A stretch of 56,401 bases of DNA, from positions 1 to 56,401 of the forward strand of contig CAYWJO010000019.1 in NCBI GenBank assembly GCA_964458565.1, in the 5' to 3' direction. This document shows positions 1-11,400 of the stretch, one piece after another (position 1 is the first letter of the stretch; each line of letters opens with the position of its first letter). The stretch is from an uncultured archaeon. GTDB lineage: Archaea > Asgardarchaeota > Thorarchaeia > Thorarchaeales > Thorarchaeaceae. The notes below the pieces were generated by a model, which searched no databases, was not told the DNA's origin, and saw nothing but the letters and a program-made list of their open reading frames with translations. A program made the translations under genes and the position numbers.

Positions 1-23
1 GCATCCATTACAGGATCCGACAT
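1..23 (-). CDS. 5' end of a gene running off the left edge (MSDPVMD...)
   Basis: ATG at 23 on the minus strand, preceded by SD-like GGGTGA; TATA-like TTATATTT at about 121-128 (minus). Confidence 0.4.
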
Positions 24-151
24 TTTTCATTTCACCCGTCAAAAACTCGGTTTACTGTGATGATGTGCGTATCACCCCATAAAAACAAATCCTTGACGGA
101 ATTGATTATCCCTTGAACAGAAATATAACCCTCCTTTGTAGTGATTAGCAT

Positions 152-460
152 ATGCAGGACCAACTGGTATGGGAAAACGGAACTGGAATTGTTCTAAAAG
201 TGATAGTAAGGCCAAGTTCGAAGGAGAGAGAGCTTTTCGCATCATTTTCCGAAACGGAGATCCTCATAAACCTGAATTCCCCAGCCAGAGGTGGTAAGGC
301 AAATACAGAGCTTGTAAAGAGACTTTCAAAATTATTGGGAGTTTCATCATCAGATGTATCAATCATTTCAGGTCATCGTGGTAGAGATAAGACAATTCAT
401 ATTTCGGGAGTGACGAAGGATCACCTTATACATGTCATATCACAAACTCACAAACGCTAA
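152..460 (+). CDS. DUF167 / UPF0235 (YggU-like) protein
   Basis: VIVRPSS...SPARGGKANTELVKRLSKLLGV...IISGHRGRDK signature. Confidence 0.9.
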   Translation: MQDQLVWENGTGIVLKVIVRPSSKERELFASFSETEILINLNSPARGGKANTELVKRLSKLLGVSSSDVSIISGHRGRDKTIHISGVTKDHLIHVISQTHKR

Positions 461-509
461 ATACTGATGAAAGCTTTGCACATGGAACTACTATCAAGGA
501 GACCATAGA

Positions 510-2720
510 ATGCCAGCCAAGCTGCCTTCAGACAGAGCGTTATTAGTTGGTTTATATGTCGGGGGTGTAGCATATGCATTTCTCTCTCTGTCTCACAGAG
601 GATTTACGAGTGTCCCAGATTTAATTGCACTTCTGATTGAACTGATTCTTCTTATTGGAAGTTTCATGCCAAGTAGCTTGAACAAAAAGGAATTAGGCGC
701 CTTAGGTCTTATTATAATTGTATATCTCCTGCTATCTTTACTGCTGGGAGCTTTGCTCACGTCGCTTGATACTGTTGTCATGGCTGCATCTGGTATAGCT
801 ATCTTCAGCTTCATTATGTCAAATCCAAAATTCCCATTAACTAGAAGAGCCATGGCTACAGGAGTTGTAGTTGGAATTGTTTTTACATTCCTCGGAATCT
901 ATCTTACACTCAAGGTAGGAGTCATGCTGGCAATTGGAGCAGAACTGCTTGGGTTTCTGATTCTGAGCACTCAGGGTAGATATACACCTGAAGAAAATAC
1001 GATTGTAGTGGCAATTGCGAACGGATCTGCAATGATCACAGTAGGAGTTCTGAATATATTCCCCGCAATTGCAATATTTGTACCCAAAATTGATCCTGTC
1101 AATGGCCCGGCTTATGTGAACCAACTCATAACGATTCCATTCATTGCTTTCATGATCCTCATGACAGGCGTCTTTGGCTTCGTTATTCTGATACCCTTTA
1201 GAGACCGTTTTGATAATGCACCATGGCCTCAAGTTGCGCCTCAGGCTGAGACAATAAAATCAATGGCTGCAGAGAGCCATGTCAGGAAACCAATCTTGAT
1301 GGGATTGGCAGCATCAGGTGCTTGGACAGCAGCAAGAGAAATTGGCTCAATAGCAACTGGAAATAGCATGGATACATTTCCACATGCGGTCGTACCAGCA
1401 TTTCCCGATTGGATTGGAATAAGCAATTCGCCATTAATGGCTAGTATTGGTTTTTTCATGGGATGGAAACGCGTAATTGTCATTTTTATTGGAAGTTTGA
1501 CTTCTGTTTTGCTTTGGGTAGTTCTTGAGGCAGCTGATTTCACACTCATGTTCAGTGATCATCTCCACAGACCAGAAGTGCTCTATCTAGCCTTGGGAGT
1601 ATTTGCATCGGTTTTACTTGGAGATTTCTTGAAGAGAGAGGTTTCTGAAGGGGAAGCTGAAATCGAGCCTGAGGATAGACCTGATCAAGAACCAGAAGAG
1701 ATGCCAGAAAGGAGGATATCAATTAGATGGATGCAAATTGCATTCGTTGATTTCAAGGAAGAAGTTATGGAGATGGTGGATAACCCACGTGAATATTTGC
1801 GAAGTAGAAGGGGGCAGTTGCCTGTATGGGTAGCAATCGTGTCTATGATTATCTTCATGGGTGTTGGTTTGATATTCTTCTCGTTCTTTACTCCGTTTCC
1901 AGGCATTCAGATTGACTGGTTATTATTCATCATAGGCTCGCCTTTAGCACTGGTTTCTGCATATTTCACGGCAGTCGCAGTAAGTGAAACCGGGATGCTG
2001 GCGGGATTCATTTCAGATATTGTTGCAGTACCGGCAATAGTCGTCTTTCGAGTCACATTCCAAGTCATCTCAACATTCATGGCATTACTCTCAGGATTAC
2101 AGAATGCAGCCTTGGCAGCCTTAGTTCATCTTAAACTTGGACAGGCAACAAATGTCCGTGGTCGGGATATCATCAAAGCGATAGTCATAGGAATCTTCCT
2201 TGCAACTACGATTGGATCCCTGATTACGTTCATGATTTTCGTTACGTATGGTTTTGGTGGATCGGACTTTCCAAGTCCAACAGCTCAACTCTTTGGATTT
2301 CTTGTAGTTAGTTTGTCAGGACTGACTGAGTTCAAATTACCAGGAATGGGCGATGGATTAGTAATCCCAATAATTGGGGAAATTGTGTTTCCAATCAACT
2401 TCATCTATCTGATATCATTAGGCGTTGTTGGAGGACTGGCAGGACGCCATCTTCTTAGAAGAGGTCTGAGTCCGATTAGTCTTGCAGTTGGACTCTTGAT
2501 TCCACCTGCAACATCAGTTGCAATGTTAGTAGGAGGTTTCCTTCACTACAGGTTCAAGAAGAGAGAGGAATTGGTACCCAAAGCTGATAGGTTGTCATTG
2601 CAAACTGTTAGAAATGACCAAAGGAAGACTGGCCGGATTCTTAGTGGTGCAGTGTCTGGAGAGGCAATTGTAACCGTGATATTTGTACTCTGGAATGCAA
2701 TCCTTTTCTTTGCACCCTAG
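510..2720 (+). CDS. OPT-superfamily oligopeptide transporter-like membrane protein
   Basis: Many TM segments; YLTLKVG, EENTIV, WPQ, FPSPTAQL and LAVGLLIPP motifs resemble the OPT family. Confidence 0.75.
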   Translation: MPAKLPSDRALLVGLYVGGVAYAFLSLSHRGFTSVPDLIALLIELILLIGSFMPSSLNKKELGALGLIIIVYLLLSLLLGALLTSLDTVVMAASGIAIFSFIMSNPKFPLTRRAMATGVVVGIVFTFLGIYLTLKVGVMLAIGAELLGFLILSTQGRYTPEENTIVVAIANGSAMITVGVLNIFPAIAIFVPKIDPVNGPAYVNQLITIPFIAFMILMTGVFGFVILIPFRDRFDNAPWPQVAPQAETIKSMAAESHVRKPILMGLAASGAWTAAREIGSIATGNSMDTFPHAVVPAFPDWIGISNSPLMASIGFFMGWKRVIVIFIGSLTSVLLWVVLEAADFTLMFSDHLHRPEVLYLALGVFASVLLGDFLKREVSEGEAEIEPEDRPDQEPEEMPERRISIRWMQIAFVDFKEEVMEMVDNPREYLRSRRGQLPVWVAIVSMIIFMGVGLIFFSFFTPFPGIQIDWLLFIIGSPLALVSAYFTAVAVSETGMLAGFISDIVAVPAIVVFRVTFQVISTFMALLSGLQNAALAALVHLKLGQATNVRGRDIIKAIVIGIFLATTIGSLITFMIFVTYGFGGSDFPSPTAQLFGFLVVSLSGLTEFKLPGMGDGLVIPIIGEIVFPINFIYLISLGVVGGLAGRHLLRRGLSPISLAVGLLIPPATSVAMLVGGFLHYRFKKREELVPKADRLSLQTVRNDQRKTGRILSGAVSGEAIVTVIFVLWNAILFFAP

Positions 2721-2884
2721 AAAGAGTCCACGTAATCAGGTTTACCTTTTGCAATTCTAAATAGATCTTGCGTAATTTGAGAGGGACGGGAAAAGTAAAA
2801 GGCGGACCCTGGATAAGCAAGCAATCCTATAGCTCCAGACGCTATTCCATCGAGGTCACCATGGCGGACAATAACCGAATTCAT
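2717..2884 (-). pseudogene. Truncated DHH-family phosphoesterase N-terminus (55 aa; not in the ORF track)
   Basis: MNSVIVRHGDLDGIASGAIGLLAYP... carries DHH motif I (HxDxDG..S). SD GAGGT, 3 nt downstream of the previous gene. Stops before motif II, overlapping the OPT stop codon. Confidence 0.7.
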
Positions 2885-2887
2885 GAT

Positions 2888-4279
2888 TCAACCTCTAGGA
2901 GATTCTTCTTCTTCTTTATATGTTTCTTCAAGAGCTCTGTCCCACTCATCCTTACCCTCTTCTACGACTTCACCTTTCCTTGCACGCTCTTTGTTTCGAC
3001 GCGCTTTTTCTGCCTCTTTACGTAATCTTTCACGCTCTTTTTCACGTTTCGCCTTCTCTCTGCGTTGTTTTCTAGTGATAGCCTCTTCTTCATCCTGTTG
3101 TGAAAACCATCCAATTAGAGCAGCAATGAATGGAAAGAGGAGGACCACAGGTACAACAAATAGCAGTATCAACTCTGGTTGAGTAATTGCTACACTATTT
3201 TCTACACCAGGAGGTAGATTCAAGGCATCTAAGATGAATTGTGGGGAAAGTAAGAAGAATGAAACTGCTATGACAGCAAGGAATCTGAATGCAGATCCCA
3301 TTACTGTAGAACCGATGACATAGTAACTGGAAGGTGCCGCAGCTTTTGCTGTAAGCTCATCCCGAGCCGCAGGGTCAGAAGCAAGAAGCTCATCTACGAA
3401 GTGTTGGAGTCTTCTAACATCACTAACAGCATCAAGATTTTCAAGGGCATCTTTGTCACCGATGACTTTTCGTTCCATAGCCTCTCTAAGAAATGAGAAG
3501 GCAGTTGCTCCGGAGGATCTGCTCATACCTGTAAGACTGACTCGTTCACCACGTTCAATCGCATCTTGTTTTCTTGTTGCTTGTCTTAAAGCAAGAAGTT
3601 GCTTCTTGAGGGTTTCCTCCCGATCTTCAATGGGCTTCCCAACGGACGAACTATAGATCATCTGATATCCCACCTCAAGATAGGCAAAAGAAACCAGTGC
3701 TAGAATCTGGATCGAGCTTGTAAGGAAGGTTACGAAATCACTTGGATAAGCAGTGATGTGAAAATTACCAATATGACGATATGCGGCGACGATTAGGATT
3801 GATTGTATTGCTAAGAAGGAACCACCGACATATTTGTGCTCCATTCGATACAGAGATTGAAGAAACAATGCTATTCCAACACCAGCGCCTAAAAAGTAGA
3901 GAAACACAAACGTTGTATCCCATAAATCTGCAATGATTGCATTGAAATTCACTGCAAAATGTTGAAAGACCTCTTCTGCTGTTTCAAGGGGTCCACTCAC
4001 GCCGTAGGGTTGCATGTACCACATTTTCAGTATCAGAGTATTATAGAGACCTACAACTAATGTCTGGGGGGCACCTCCACCAACAATCAATGAGAATCCT
4101 GTCATCACAACTAGAGAAATGAAGAATACGAGGAATGATAACAAACGAAATACAGTGACAATAAAGACGTAAGGCGCATCCCAACTCCAGTAACCTTGTA
4201 ACGTGGAATATACGAGGTAGCACATGTAAGCGAATGCAAGAGTAGAGAGAATGCGGAGTATCCAGGTGACAACCTTCAA
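2888..4279 (-). CDS. Multi-pass membrane protein with charged C-terminal tail
   Basis: 463-aa ORF with about 7-8 hydrophobic segments; 4-nt overlap with the DUF58 gene. Confidence 0.75.
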   Translation of the reverse strand: MKVVTWILRILSTLAFAYMCYLVYSTLQGYWSWDAPYVFIVTVFRLLSFLVFFISLVVMTGFSLIVGGGAPQTLVVGLYNTLILKMWYMQPYGVSGPLETAEEVFQHFAVNFNAIIADLWDTTFVFLYFLGAGVGIALFLQSLYRMEHKYVGGSFLAIQSILIVAAYRHIGNFHITAYPSDFVTFLTSSIQILALVSFAYLEVGYQMIYSSSVGKPIEDREETLKKQLLALRQATRKQDAIERGERVSLTGMSRSSGATAFSFLREAMERKVIGDKDALENLDAVSDVRRLQHFVDELLASDPAARDELTAKAAAPSSYYVIGSTVMGSAFRFLAVIAVSFFLLSPQFILDALNLPPGVENSVAITQPELILLFVVPVVLLFPFIAALIGWFSQQDEEEAITRKQRREKAKREKERERLRKEAEKARRNKERARKGEVVEEGKDEWDRALEETYKEEEESPRG

Positions 4280-5598
4280 AACATAGCAACCCCCTTTCGC
4301 TTCGCTAACTCGTACTGCTTGATAATTGTTGGTAGAAAGTCTTCAGGTCCGACATTCACAACTTCTATTCCAAAACGGGATAGTGCTCGCGCAATCTTTG
4401 CTCTTCGTTCCCATAACTCCTCAGAAACCGCCTCAGCAAGAACTTTCTCAACAGGTCCAAATTGACCGACAGGTACCTCGAACCAGGGTCCGAATGGGCT
4501 GATGACCATAGCTTTGTGTCCATTTGCAACTATTGTCTTCATAGCATTAAGTAATGGTGCAGGACTTTCCTCTAAGTCAGTCAACCAGATAATCAGTGAG
4601 CGTTTTCTTGTCTGGAGGACAACATACTCTACAGCAGACTCATAATCACTCCAACCACGTGGTTCGGCCATTGATAATGCTTCTAAAACATCATACATAT
4701 GATTAGGACCACTTTTAGGTGGAACGTAACCATGGACGCGATCTGAAAAGACACATGTGCCAACTAAATCCTTTCTCTCAAGTCCAAGGTGTGTTAATAG
4801 AACTGCTGCACGAATAGCATATTCGAGTTTCGTATTCTCGGGATAACCATTTCCCATGGATCCACTAGCATCAACCATGCAGATGACTTGGATGTTTTTC
4901 TCCATCTCATACTGACGAATAATCAAGTCGCCTCTTTTTGCGCTACTTTTCCAATCGATAGATCTGAAGGAATCCCCTGGCACATAGGCTCTGAAACCTG
5001 TGAAATCGGTTCCCATTCCTACAACCTTAGTACGATGGGCACCAAACATCAAACCAAGTTGACGCTGCTTTCCAAGTGCTTCCATTCTACGTACATCTTT
5101 GTAAGTGGGATAGACAAGAATCTCAGTCGGTGCTTGCAGTGTTCGTATATAGTAATGAAGACCAAGTCTGTCACGAAGAATGACTTCTGTTGGTCCCAAA
5201 AAGTATCTCCCACGCATTCGCGCTTGGAGGATGTAGGAGAATGTAACACTGCTACCCGGTTCGATTCGGGATGCAATGAAATTCTCACCTATTGCTAGAA
5301 TCCAAGTTTCGGGATATTGATCATGACACTCAATAAAGTCGAAATGTCTGCGCGAGGTGTTACGCAGAGTTACCCGAACACGTAGGAAGTCTCCTGAGAA
5401 GACCTTCGCTTTGTCCACGGTTCTATGGACTTCAATACCAGAAATATTTGCCGTCATTGCGAAGAGAGGGAGAGATACAACTACCCCTACTAGTAGATAT
5501 ACACCCAGCATAAGGCAATAGAGATTGACAAAAGAAAATCCACTAGTGAGTAGGAGAATTCCAGAGAATACAACCACAAACCCTCTCTGTGTTATCAC
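4276..5598 (-). CDS. DUF58 / vWA-domain protein (MoxR partner)
   Basis: DFTGFRAYVPGDSFRSIDWKSSAK; VDASGSM MIDAS-like motif; TD motif. Confidence 0.92.
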   Translation of the reverse strand: MITQRGFVVVFSGILLLTSGFSFVNLYCLMLGVYLLVGVVVSLPLFAMTANISGIEVHRTVDKAKVFSGDFLRVRVTLRNTSRRHFDFIECHDQYPETWILAIGENFIASRIEPGSSVTFSYILQARMRGRYFLGPTEVILRDRLGLHYYIRTLQAPTEILVYPTYKDVRRMEALGKQRQLGLMFGAHRTKVVGMGTDFTGFRAYVPGDSFRSIDWKSSAKRGDLIIRQYEMEKNIQVICMVDASGSMGNGYPENTKLEYAIRAAVLLTHLGLERKDLVGTCVFSDRVHGYVPPKSGPNHMYDVLEALSMAEPRGWSDYESAVEYVVLQTRKRSLIIWLTDLEESPAPLLNAMKTIVANGHKAMVISPFGPWFEVPVGQFGPVEKVLAEAVSEELWERRAKIARALSRFGIEVVNVGPEDFLPTIIKQYELAKRKGVAMF

Positions 5599-5627
5599 TG
5601 ATATCTTCCTCTCTTTTTATATCATAA

Positions 5628-6617
5628 TTATTTAGGACAGTCCACTTCACCTAGAATTTTTGTGACGACGCGTTCAACTGTAAGTCCTTCGAGTTCAGCC
5701 TCTGGTTTCAAAATCAGCCTGTGATTTAATGCTTGAACTGTGAGTTTACGAACATCTTCTGGAATCACATAATCACGCCCGTGCATAGTAGCCCGAGACT
5801 TTGAAGCATTCATCAAAACAAGAGACGCTCGAGGCGAACCGCCAAGTAGAATCTGGGGATCGTTTCGTGTCCTGATGATAATATCGCGGATGTAGTGAAT
5901 GATATCCTCATCTAGAAACACACCTCTACAAGTCTGCTGCATTGCGACAAGTGTGTTTGGATCTGCTAGAACTCTGAGATCTTGAACCTCGCCGTGATGT
6001 TTCCTTCGTACAATTTCAGCCTCTTCACCACCAGTGGGATAATCAAGGATTAACCTGAACATAAATCGATCAAGCTGCGCCTCTGGAAGTGGATAGGTTC
6101 CTTCTTGTTCCACGGGATTTTGCGTCGCAATGATGAGAAATGGTTTGGGTAGTTTGCGGGTCACACCCTCAGTGGAAACTTGACGCTCCTCCATTACTTC
6201 GAGTAATGCACTTTGTGACTTCGGAGGACATCGATTAATCTCGTCAGCAAGAACCAGATTCGAAAAGACAGGGCCTTTCCTGAACCAGAATTCGCCGCTC
6301 TTTTGATTGAATACATTACTACCTAATAGGTCCGCAGGGAGTGTGTCAACAGTCAGCTGAATTCTTCTGAATTGACAGCCAAGAATGGACGCAAAGGTAC
6401 GAGCCATATAGGTCTTTGCAAGACCAGGAACTCCTTCTAGAACGACATGCCCATCTGAGAGAAAAGCAATCAAGACATTTGCTAGAATATCACCTTTTCC
6501 AACAATTACCCTGTTACATTCTCGAATAATTTCTGATGACAAATCATGTACTTCAGAGATTGTCATAGATGGTATGGGTCCTCCGATTTCATTCCCGGTG
6601 GTTGTATCTATTGTCAT
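5628..6617 (-). CDS. moxR: MoxR-family AAA+ ATPase
   Basis: GVPGLAKT Walker A, LADEINR Walker B, ATQNPVEQEGTYPLPEAQLDRF. Confidence 0.96.
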   Translation of the reverse strand: MTIDTTTGNEIGGPIPSMTISEVHDLSSEIIRECNRVIVGKGDILANVLIAFLSDGHVVLEGVPGLAKTYMARTFASILGCQFRRIQLTVDTLPADLLGSNVFNQKSGEFWFRKGPVFSNLVLADEINRCPPKSQSALLEVMEERQVSTEGVTRKLPKPFLIIATQNPVEQEGTYPLPEAQLDRFMFRLILDYPTGGEEAEIVRRKHHGEVQDLRVLADPNTLVAMQQTCRGVFLDEDIIHYIRDIIIRTRNDPQILLGGSPRASLVLMNASKSRATMHGRDYVIPEDVRKLTVQALNHRLILKPEAELEGLTVERVVTKILGEVDCPK

Positions 6618-6634
6618 GTTTTATTTTGCACCTC

Positions 6635-8038
6635 TTATTTTGGTCTCTCAACTAATTTTGATGTAATATTACGCATAAAGAAGAACAGCTCCATGAGCTC
6701 ATTCTCCTTGATTTTCATCCCAAGTTTTTTCGATATCTCTTCAATACGGCTTATAGTTTCGAAGAATTCGCTCTCCTTCAAGTTCGAATCTTTATACTGC
6801 ATCAGATTCCATACTTTTGTTGCATTATATTCCGACCACATGTTCTTTCTCATTAAATCGCGCCGTAATTTCCGATACAGCATTTTGACAACACGAGCAT
6901 AGTTACCTTCTGTTCTGTAATATTGCAGCCTCTCTGAGAAGTAGGTCTGCCCTTTTCGCAGGAAGACATCTGAAACACTCTTCACTTCTGGCTTTTTCAT
7001 ATCAGGCAGGTATTTTTTGATGCCAATGGCCGTTATTATTGGATAAACCGGTGCAAGAAGTGGCTGTGTTGTCATCCAGAGAGCACGCGACAGAAAAATC
7101 CCATAAAAGAATTCAACAGAATTTAATGGTATCTCTAGAAGGTTTTCAGTGAACAGAAGAGGAGCTGATTCCTCATATCCATCAGTAAGCCATCTTATTA
7201 CATTCGTTGCGAATCGCTCGTTATCACCCTTAAGGATCATATCGTTGTTGAAGATGCTTGGATCACTGATTGCAACAAGGCGTCCCTGAGAACGCGCAGC
7301 ACCCTCAACAGCTGGAATCTCAAGAGCTCCAGCAATTGGTAATCTTCCAGCCCACTCACCTTCGTCTGGCACAGGATTTGAATCACTAATATTGGTTTCA
7401 CACCATGATCGGATTGTTGTGAAAGCAATTCCGGAATATCCAAGCATACATCTCGGACTAAGAGTAGATGCCCAGTTTAAATGAAGCTCATCGACTCCCT
7501 GAGTCAGTGCACCCCCATCTACGGTGGGTCTGAAGTCTTTTATAACTGGAAGTTTGGGGCTTAAGGTGTATGAGTCCAAGTCAAGAAGAACTCCACCAGT
7601 GAATGAAAGAAATCCTTCAACACCTTCGGGGAAAGTAGTAGGAGCCCACGTGTTTAGTAACTGGTTCAGCCAGTAGAAGGATGAGTTTCCGGTACCAAAA
7701 TCATCTGCTATCAATACACTTCCTCCGGCTTTCAGGTGGTCAAATATCGTAAGAACTGCATCAAAGGAGAAATCTCGAACAGGGCCAAGAATAACCAGAA
7801 CTGCAGATCCATTGAATCGGTATAAAACACTCATTGAGGTTTGGATTGCATTGGTTTCATGACCTAGGTCTTCAGCCAGTATTCTGAAATCACTTGTGCC
7901 ATTCCAATTCGTATTATAGATAGAAAAATCGTAGTTGTAGGGTTCATTATAGTTGAATACAGTAGCACCAACAAGAAAGCCAACTGGCACCCATGATAGG
8001 ATGAACAAGATAATCTGTAAGGCTTCCTTCCAACCCAT
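6635..8038 (-). CDS. DUF4350-domain membrane-anchored protein
   Basis: FSIYNTNWNGTS, GGSVLIADDFG, GRLVAISDPSIFNNDM...N..F motifs; operon context. Confidence 0.8.
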   Translation of the reverse strand: MGWKEALQIILFILSWVPVGFLVGATVFNYNEPYNYDFSIYNTNWNGTSDFRILAEDLGHETNAIQTSMSVLYRFNGSAVLVILGPVRDFSFDAVLTIFDHLKAGGSVLIADDFGTGNSSFYWLNQLLNTWAPTTFPEGVEGFLSFTGGVLLDLDSYTLSPKLPVIKDFRPTVDGGALTQGVDELHLNWASTLSPRCMLGYSGIAFTTIRSWCETNISDSNPVPDEGEWAGRLPIAGALEIPAVEGAARSQGRLVAISDPSIFNNDMILKGDNERFATNVIRWLTDGYEESAPLLFTENLLEIPLNSVEFFYGIFLSRALWMTTQPLLAPVYPIITAIGIKKYLPDMKKPEVKSVSDVFLRKGQTYFSERLQYYRTEGNYARVVKMLYRKLRRDLMRKNMWSEYNATKVWNLMQYKDSNLKESEFFETISRIEEISKKLGMKIKENELMELFFFMRNITSKLVERPK

Positions 8039-8051
8039 CTAACTCACCTTT

Positions 8052-8495
8052 CTATTCCATTTTAATACTTGCATCGATTCGTGGGTACAGGTCTGTGAAT
8101 AGTCGAATTGCATATTCATAACGGTCGCGTGTCATCTCATGATTTGAAAATCTTGATTCTTCGTATGTTGTAACAAACATATCGACAGTCGCAGTATCGA
8201 GTGACATAACTTTGGTGACCCGTTCTAGGTATTCCCTAGCAGTCTCCGAATTCGAGCGTTCAGAGCCTATTTTCATACCGCACATCTGTTCAAATGTCCG
8301 ATAAGCCAGAGTGATTGAAGCACTATATTTCCCTGCATCAGCAAGTTTCTTGATGTTGCGTAGCTTGCTGGGAATGTCTACACCGCTTGCCTTTACTGTA
8401 CCCTGAAACATTCCTTTTACGAAGTAGAGATACAGAAGGACAACTATGATTGCTCCACTTAGAGCAACAAATGGGAGTACTGTTTCAAGTTGCAT
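8052..8495 (-). CDS. DUF4129-domain protein with N-terminal TM
   Basis: SETAREYL and TYEESRFS motifs. Confidence 0.8.
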   Translation of the reverse strand: MQLETVLPFVALSGAIIVVLLYLYFVKGMFQGTVKASGVDIPSKLRNIKKLADAGKYSASITLAYRTFEQMCGMKIGSERSNSETAREYLERVTKVMSLDTATVDMFVTTYEESRFSNHEMTRDRYEYAIRLFTDLYPRIDASIKME

Positions 8496-8498
8496 ATT

Positions 8499-11400
8499 TT
8501 ACCACCTGATGAAATGATTACCATAATTAACCGCTGTTACTACAGAAGCATTTGGTCGAATATATGTTGTATTGGTTGCTCTTCTTTTTCTGAATCTTGT
8601 AATAACTAAAGCTGCTACAACACCCTCAACACCAATAATCCCAATCCAGAAGAGCATAAGCATAAAATCCCAATCGGGAGGTGTAGTGACAACTATCTGA
8701 ATTTCAAAATCTCCCAAGTGAACAGCACCAATATCTGAAAGCATAATAGCGCTTACTGAGAGCACACCTGTACCCGGACCCGAAGTGAATGGAAAGCGGG
8801 CGTCACCATTTGAGTCAGTTATAGCTGGACCTCTAATACCAGTGTTATTGACATCGATCGTAATTTCCCTACCAACGATTTGTTGCCCATTCTCATCTAC
8901 AATCCTGCAAAAGATATCAAATGTAGTACTAGGAGATTCACTGGAAGGTCTTAGTGATGCCGCGATTCCATCTTCAAGGAAGATGTGTTTTTCGTTTGAT
9001 TCAATAGATGTCGCAAGATAATTCCCACTACCTGTGAACTCTATACGAATCGTGTAGTTACCACTACTTGGGATGCCAACGGGTATTGTTAGTGAGATTG
9101 TCACTTGAAAACGATTCACAAAGAAAGGTTGCAAGAATTGGTCATATGAAGACCCTTCATGGACAAGATACAGATTCACAGAGATTCCAGTGAGGTCTCG
9201 ACCTTGATCATCATCCACCTCTAAAACAACCTCCAAGGTTTCTCCGGCCATTATGTCCATTGATGTCAATGATACGATGGTCAAGGTTGGCTCAATTCCT
9301 ATGGTAACTGTCCATGAGTCGTCATTCGAAACGATATCAAAATTTGGAGTGGCCATTCGCATTGTTATCGTATAGATGCCAGGTGTTGTATCTGTAGGAA
9401 TGTCAAGCACAGCTGAATAAGTGCCATCTGTGCCTGTCGTTGCTGAAAGCGATACGGATACTCCATTTACGTATACGACAAGGATTGCATCAGGGACTAA
9501 TCCATGAGCATCTTCGAGATAGCCACTGATTGTAAGAGAATCACCTCTTGCGAGTGTGAAGACTGTCTGCTCATCCATATAGATATCAACAAGGTACCAA
9601 ATATCCAATGTCAGTGTAATGGAACGGTTTCCAGATAATACGGGATCTGTGTCATAGAATTGAGCATATAAGAAACAAGGCCCTTCGCCATGACGCCAAG
9701 GTATCTGGAAATTGAAAGAGAAAGCGCCACCTGCTGTTGTTGTCAGGGTAGCTATTATTGTGTATGTTGAATTCTGCCAAACAAGTGACACTTCATATCC
9801 AACAAGAGCACTCAAATCAAATCTTTGTAAAGTGCCACTAATTGAAAGGGTATCTCCCACATATCGAGTAGCATTATTCACATTGAGCGTGACTAACACT
9901 GGCACTTTCGAAATCTGAATTATAGTAGACTCCTCAGTAGCGTCGATAAAAACAGAACTCGGAGTACAATTGGCCCAGACCCTAGTAAATCCAAGAGTTG
10001 TTCCAGAGGAAACTGCGAATGAGTGGGAGAACCAACCAGATCCATCAGTCTGAACGATTATGATAAGTTCATCACCTGCAGTTCCACTGAGATGGTTCCA
10101 CCATAACTCCACATCAACAAAAGCATACGGTGTTCCATTGCTTAATACTAATTGTCCAGATATTGTAAGAGTATCCGTGAGGTATACTGCAGCAGGAGTA
10201 ACATCGTAGGAATTGATTGATAGGCCTAGTCTTGTGACCGTTATAATCAATGGTCCAGCTGATGCACCTTCAATCCAATTCACTCCCGAGAGATAATAGA
10301 TGTCAATATCATGGTCACCAGTCATCCGCCAATCTTCAACTGTCCAATAGAAATAGAATGTACCATCAGAAAGGGTAGTGACATTGGTTTCATAGACGTT
10401 GTCGATAAAGACCATCACATCAACAGATGAAATGGGTACCCCTGATAGTGTATATTGCAGAGCGCCAAATATTGTGACTGTTTCCGTGGGATTCAGACTT
10501 GATACGTCTGAACCAAAGCCTGCAATCTCTGTAGCCCAAGGCCGTAGCGTTACATAAACAACGTCTGTTCTAGTATCATTAGCACCTGTGAAGAGATCGC
10601 CAGCAAATGTTGCAGATATTTCGATATTCCACTCAGTTGCACCTTCGAATCCGAAGTATAACCATTCTGCCCATCCAGATGAGTTTGTGTAAAGAGTTAG
10701 AATCTGTTGATCTGTTGTTCCATCATACCACCAAATGATGACCTCACCATTGTTGACTCCAGTTCCATCTTGGATGTAAAAGAGATGCACTTGGATGAAA
10801 ATTGATTCGTTTAGATAAACTAGAGTTGGTATAGCATAGACATCAAGGTTCACTGAATACATCTGAGCTGTGACATCGAGGTTTCCAGAAACCGCATCAG
10901 CATAAAGCGAGCTTGTGCTAGTATTACATCGAAATGTATAGAGACCGACCATATCGGGTGGAACCGTAAAGTTGTACAAGTATTGGAAATTGCCCGAACT
11001 ATCTGTGACGACAAAGTCAACAAACGACCACATACCTCCAGACCAGAGATAGATATTCACAGTGACCCCAGCTGCAGCTGGAAATCCTCCTTGATAGGTC
11101 ACATTTCCTTGAATCAGGAGGCTTTGGTCCAGATAGACTGTAGTAGGCACAGAAGCATTGATCTCAAGCTGATACTGCTGCAAAGTTACCATTTCGGGTA
11201 CCGATGTTGCATTATCCCACAATGGATTTGAATTGAGAAACTCAGCCCAAATGTTAACATCGTTAGGTGTATCACTAGTAGTGGATAGAATATAATAGAT
11301 CTCGAAATATCCACTTCCATCAGTGAAATCTACAAAGATTGGAACAGGTATGGTTCCATTTTGCCAGTAGATTGTAATTGTCTGACCACCAACTCCAGCC

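Noticed and set aside
2811-2877. Four adjacent short hairpins suggesting a tRNA-like ncRNA
   Set aside because: No closing acceptor stem; the region is better explained as coding sequence of the DHH fragment on the minus strand.
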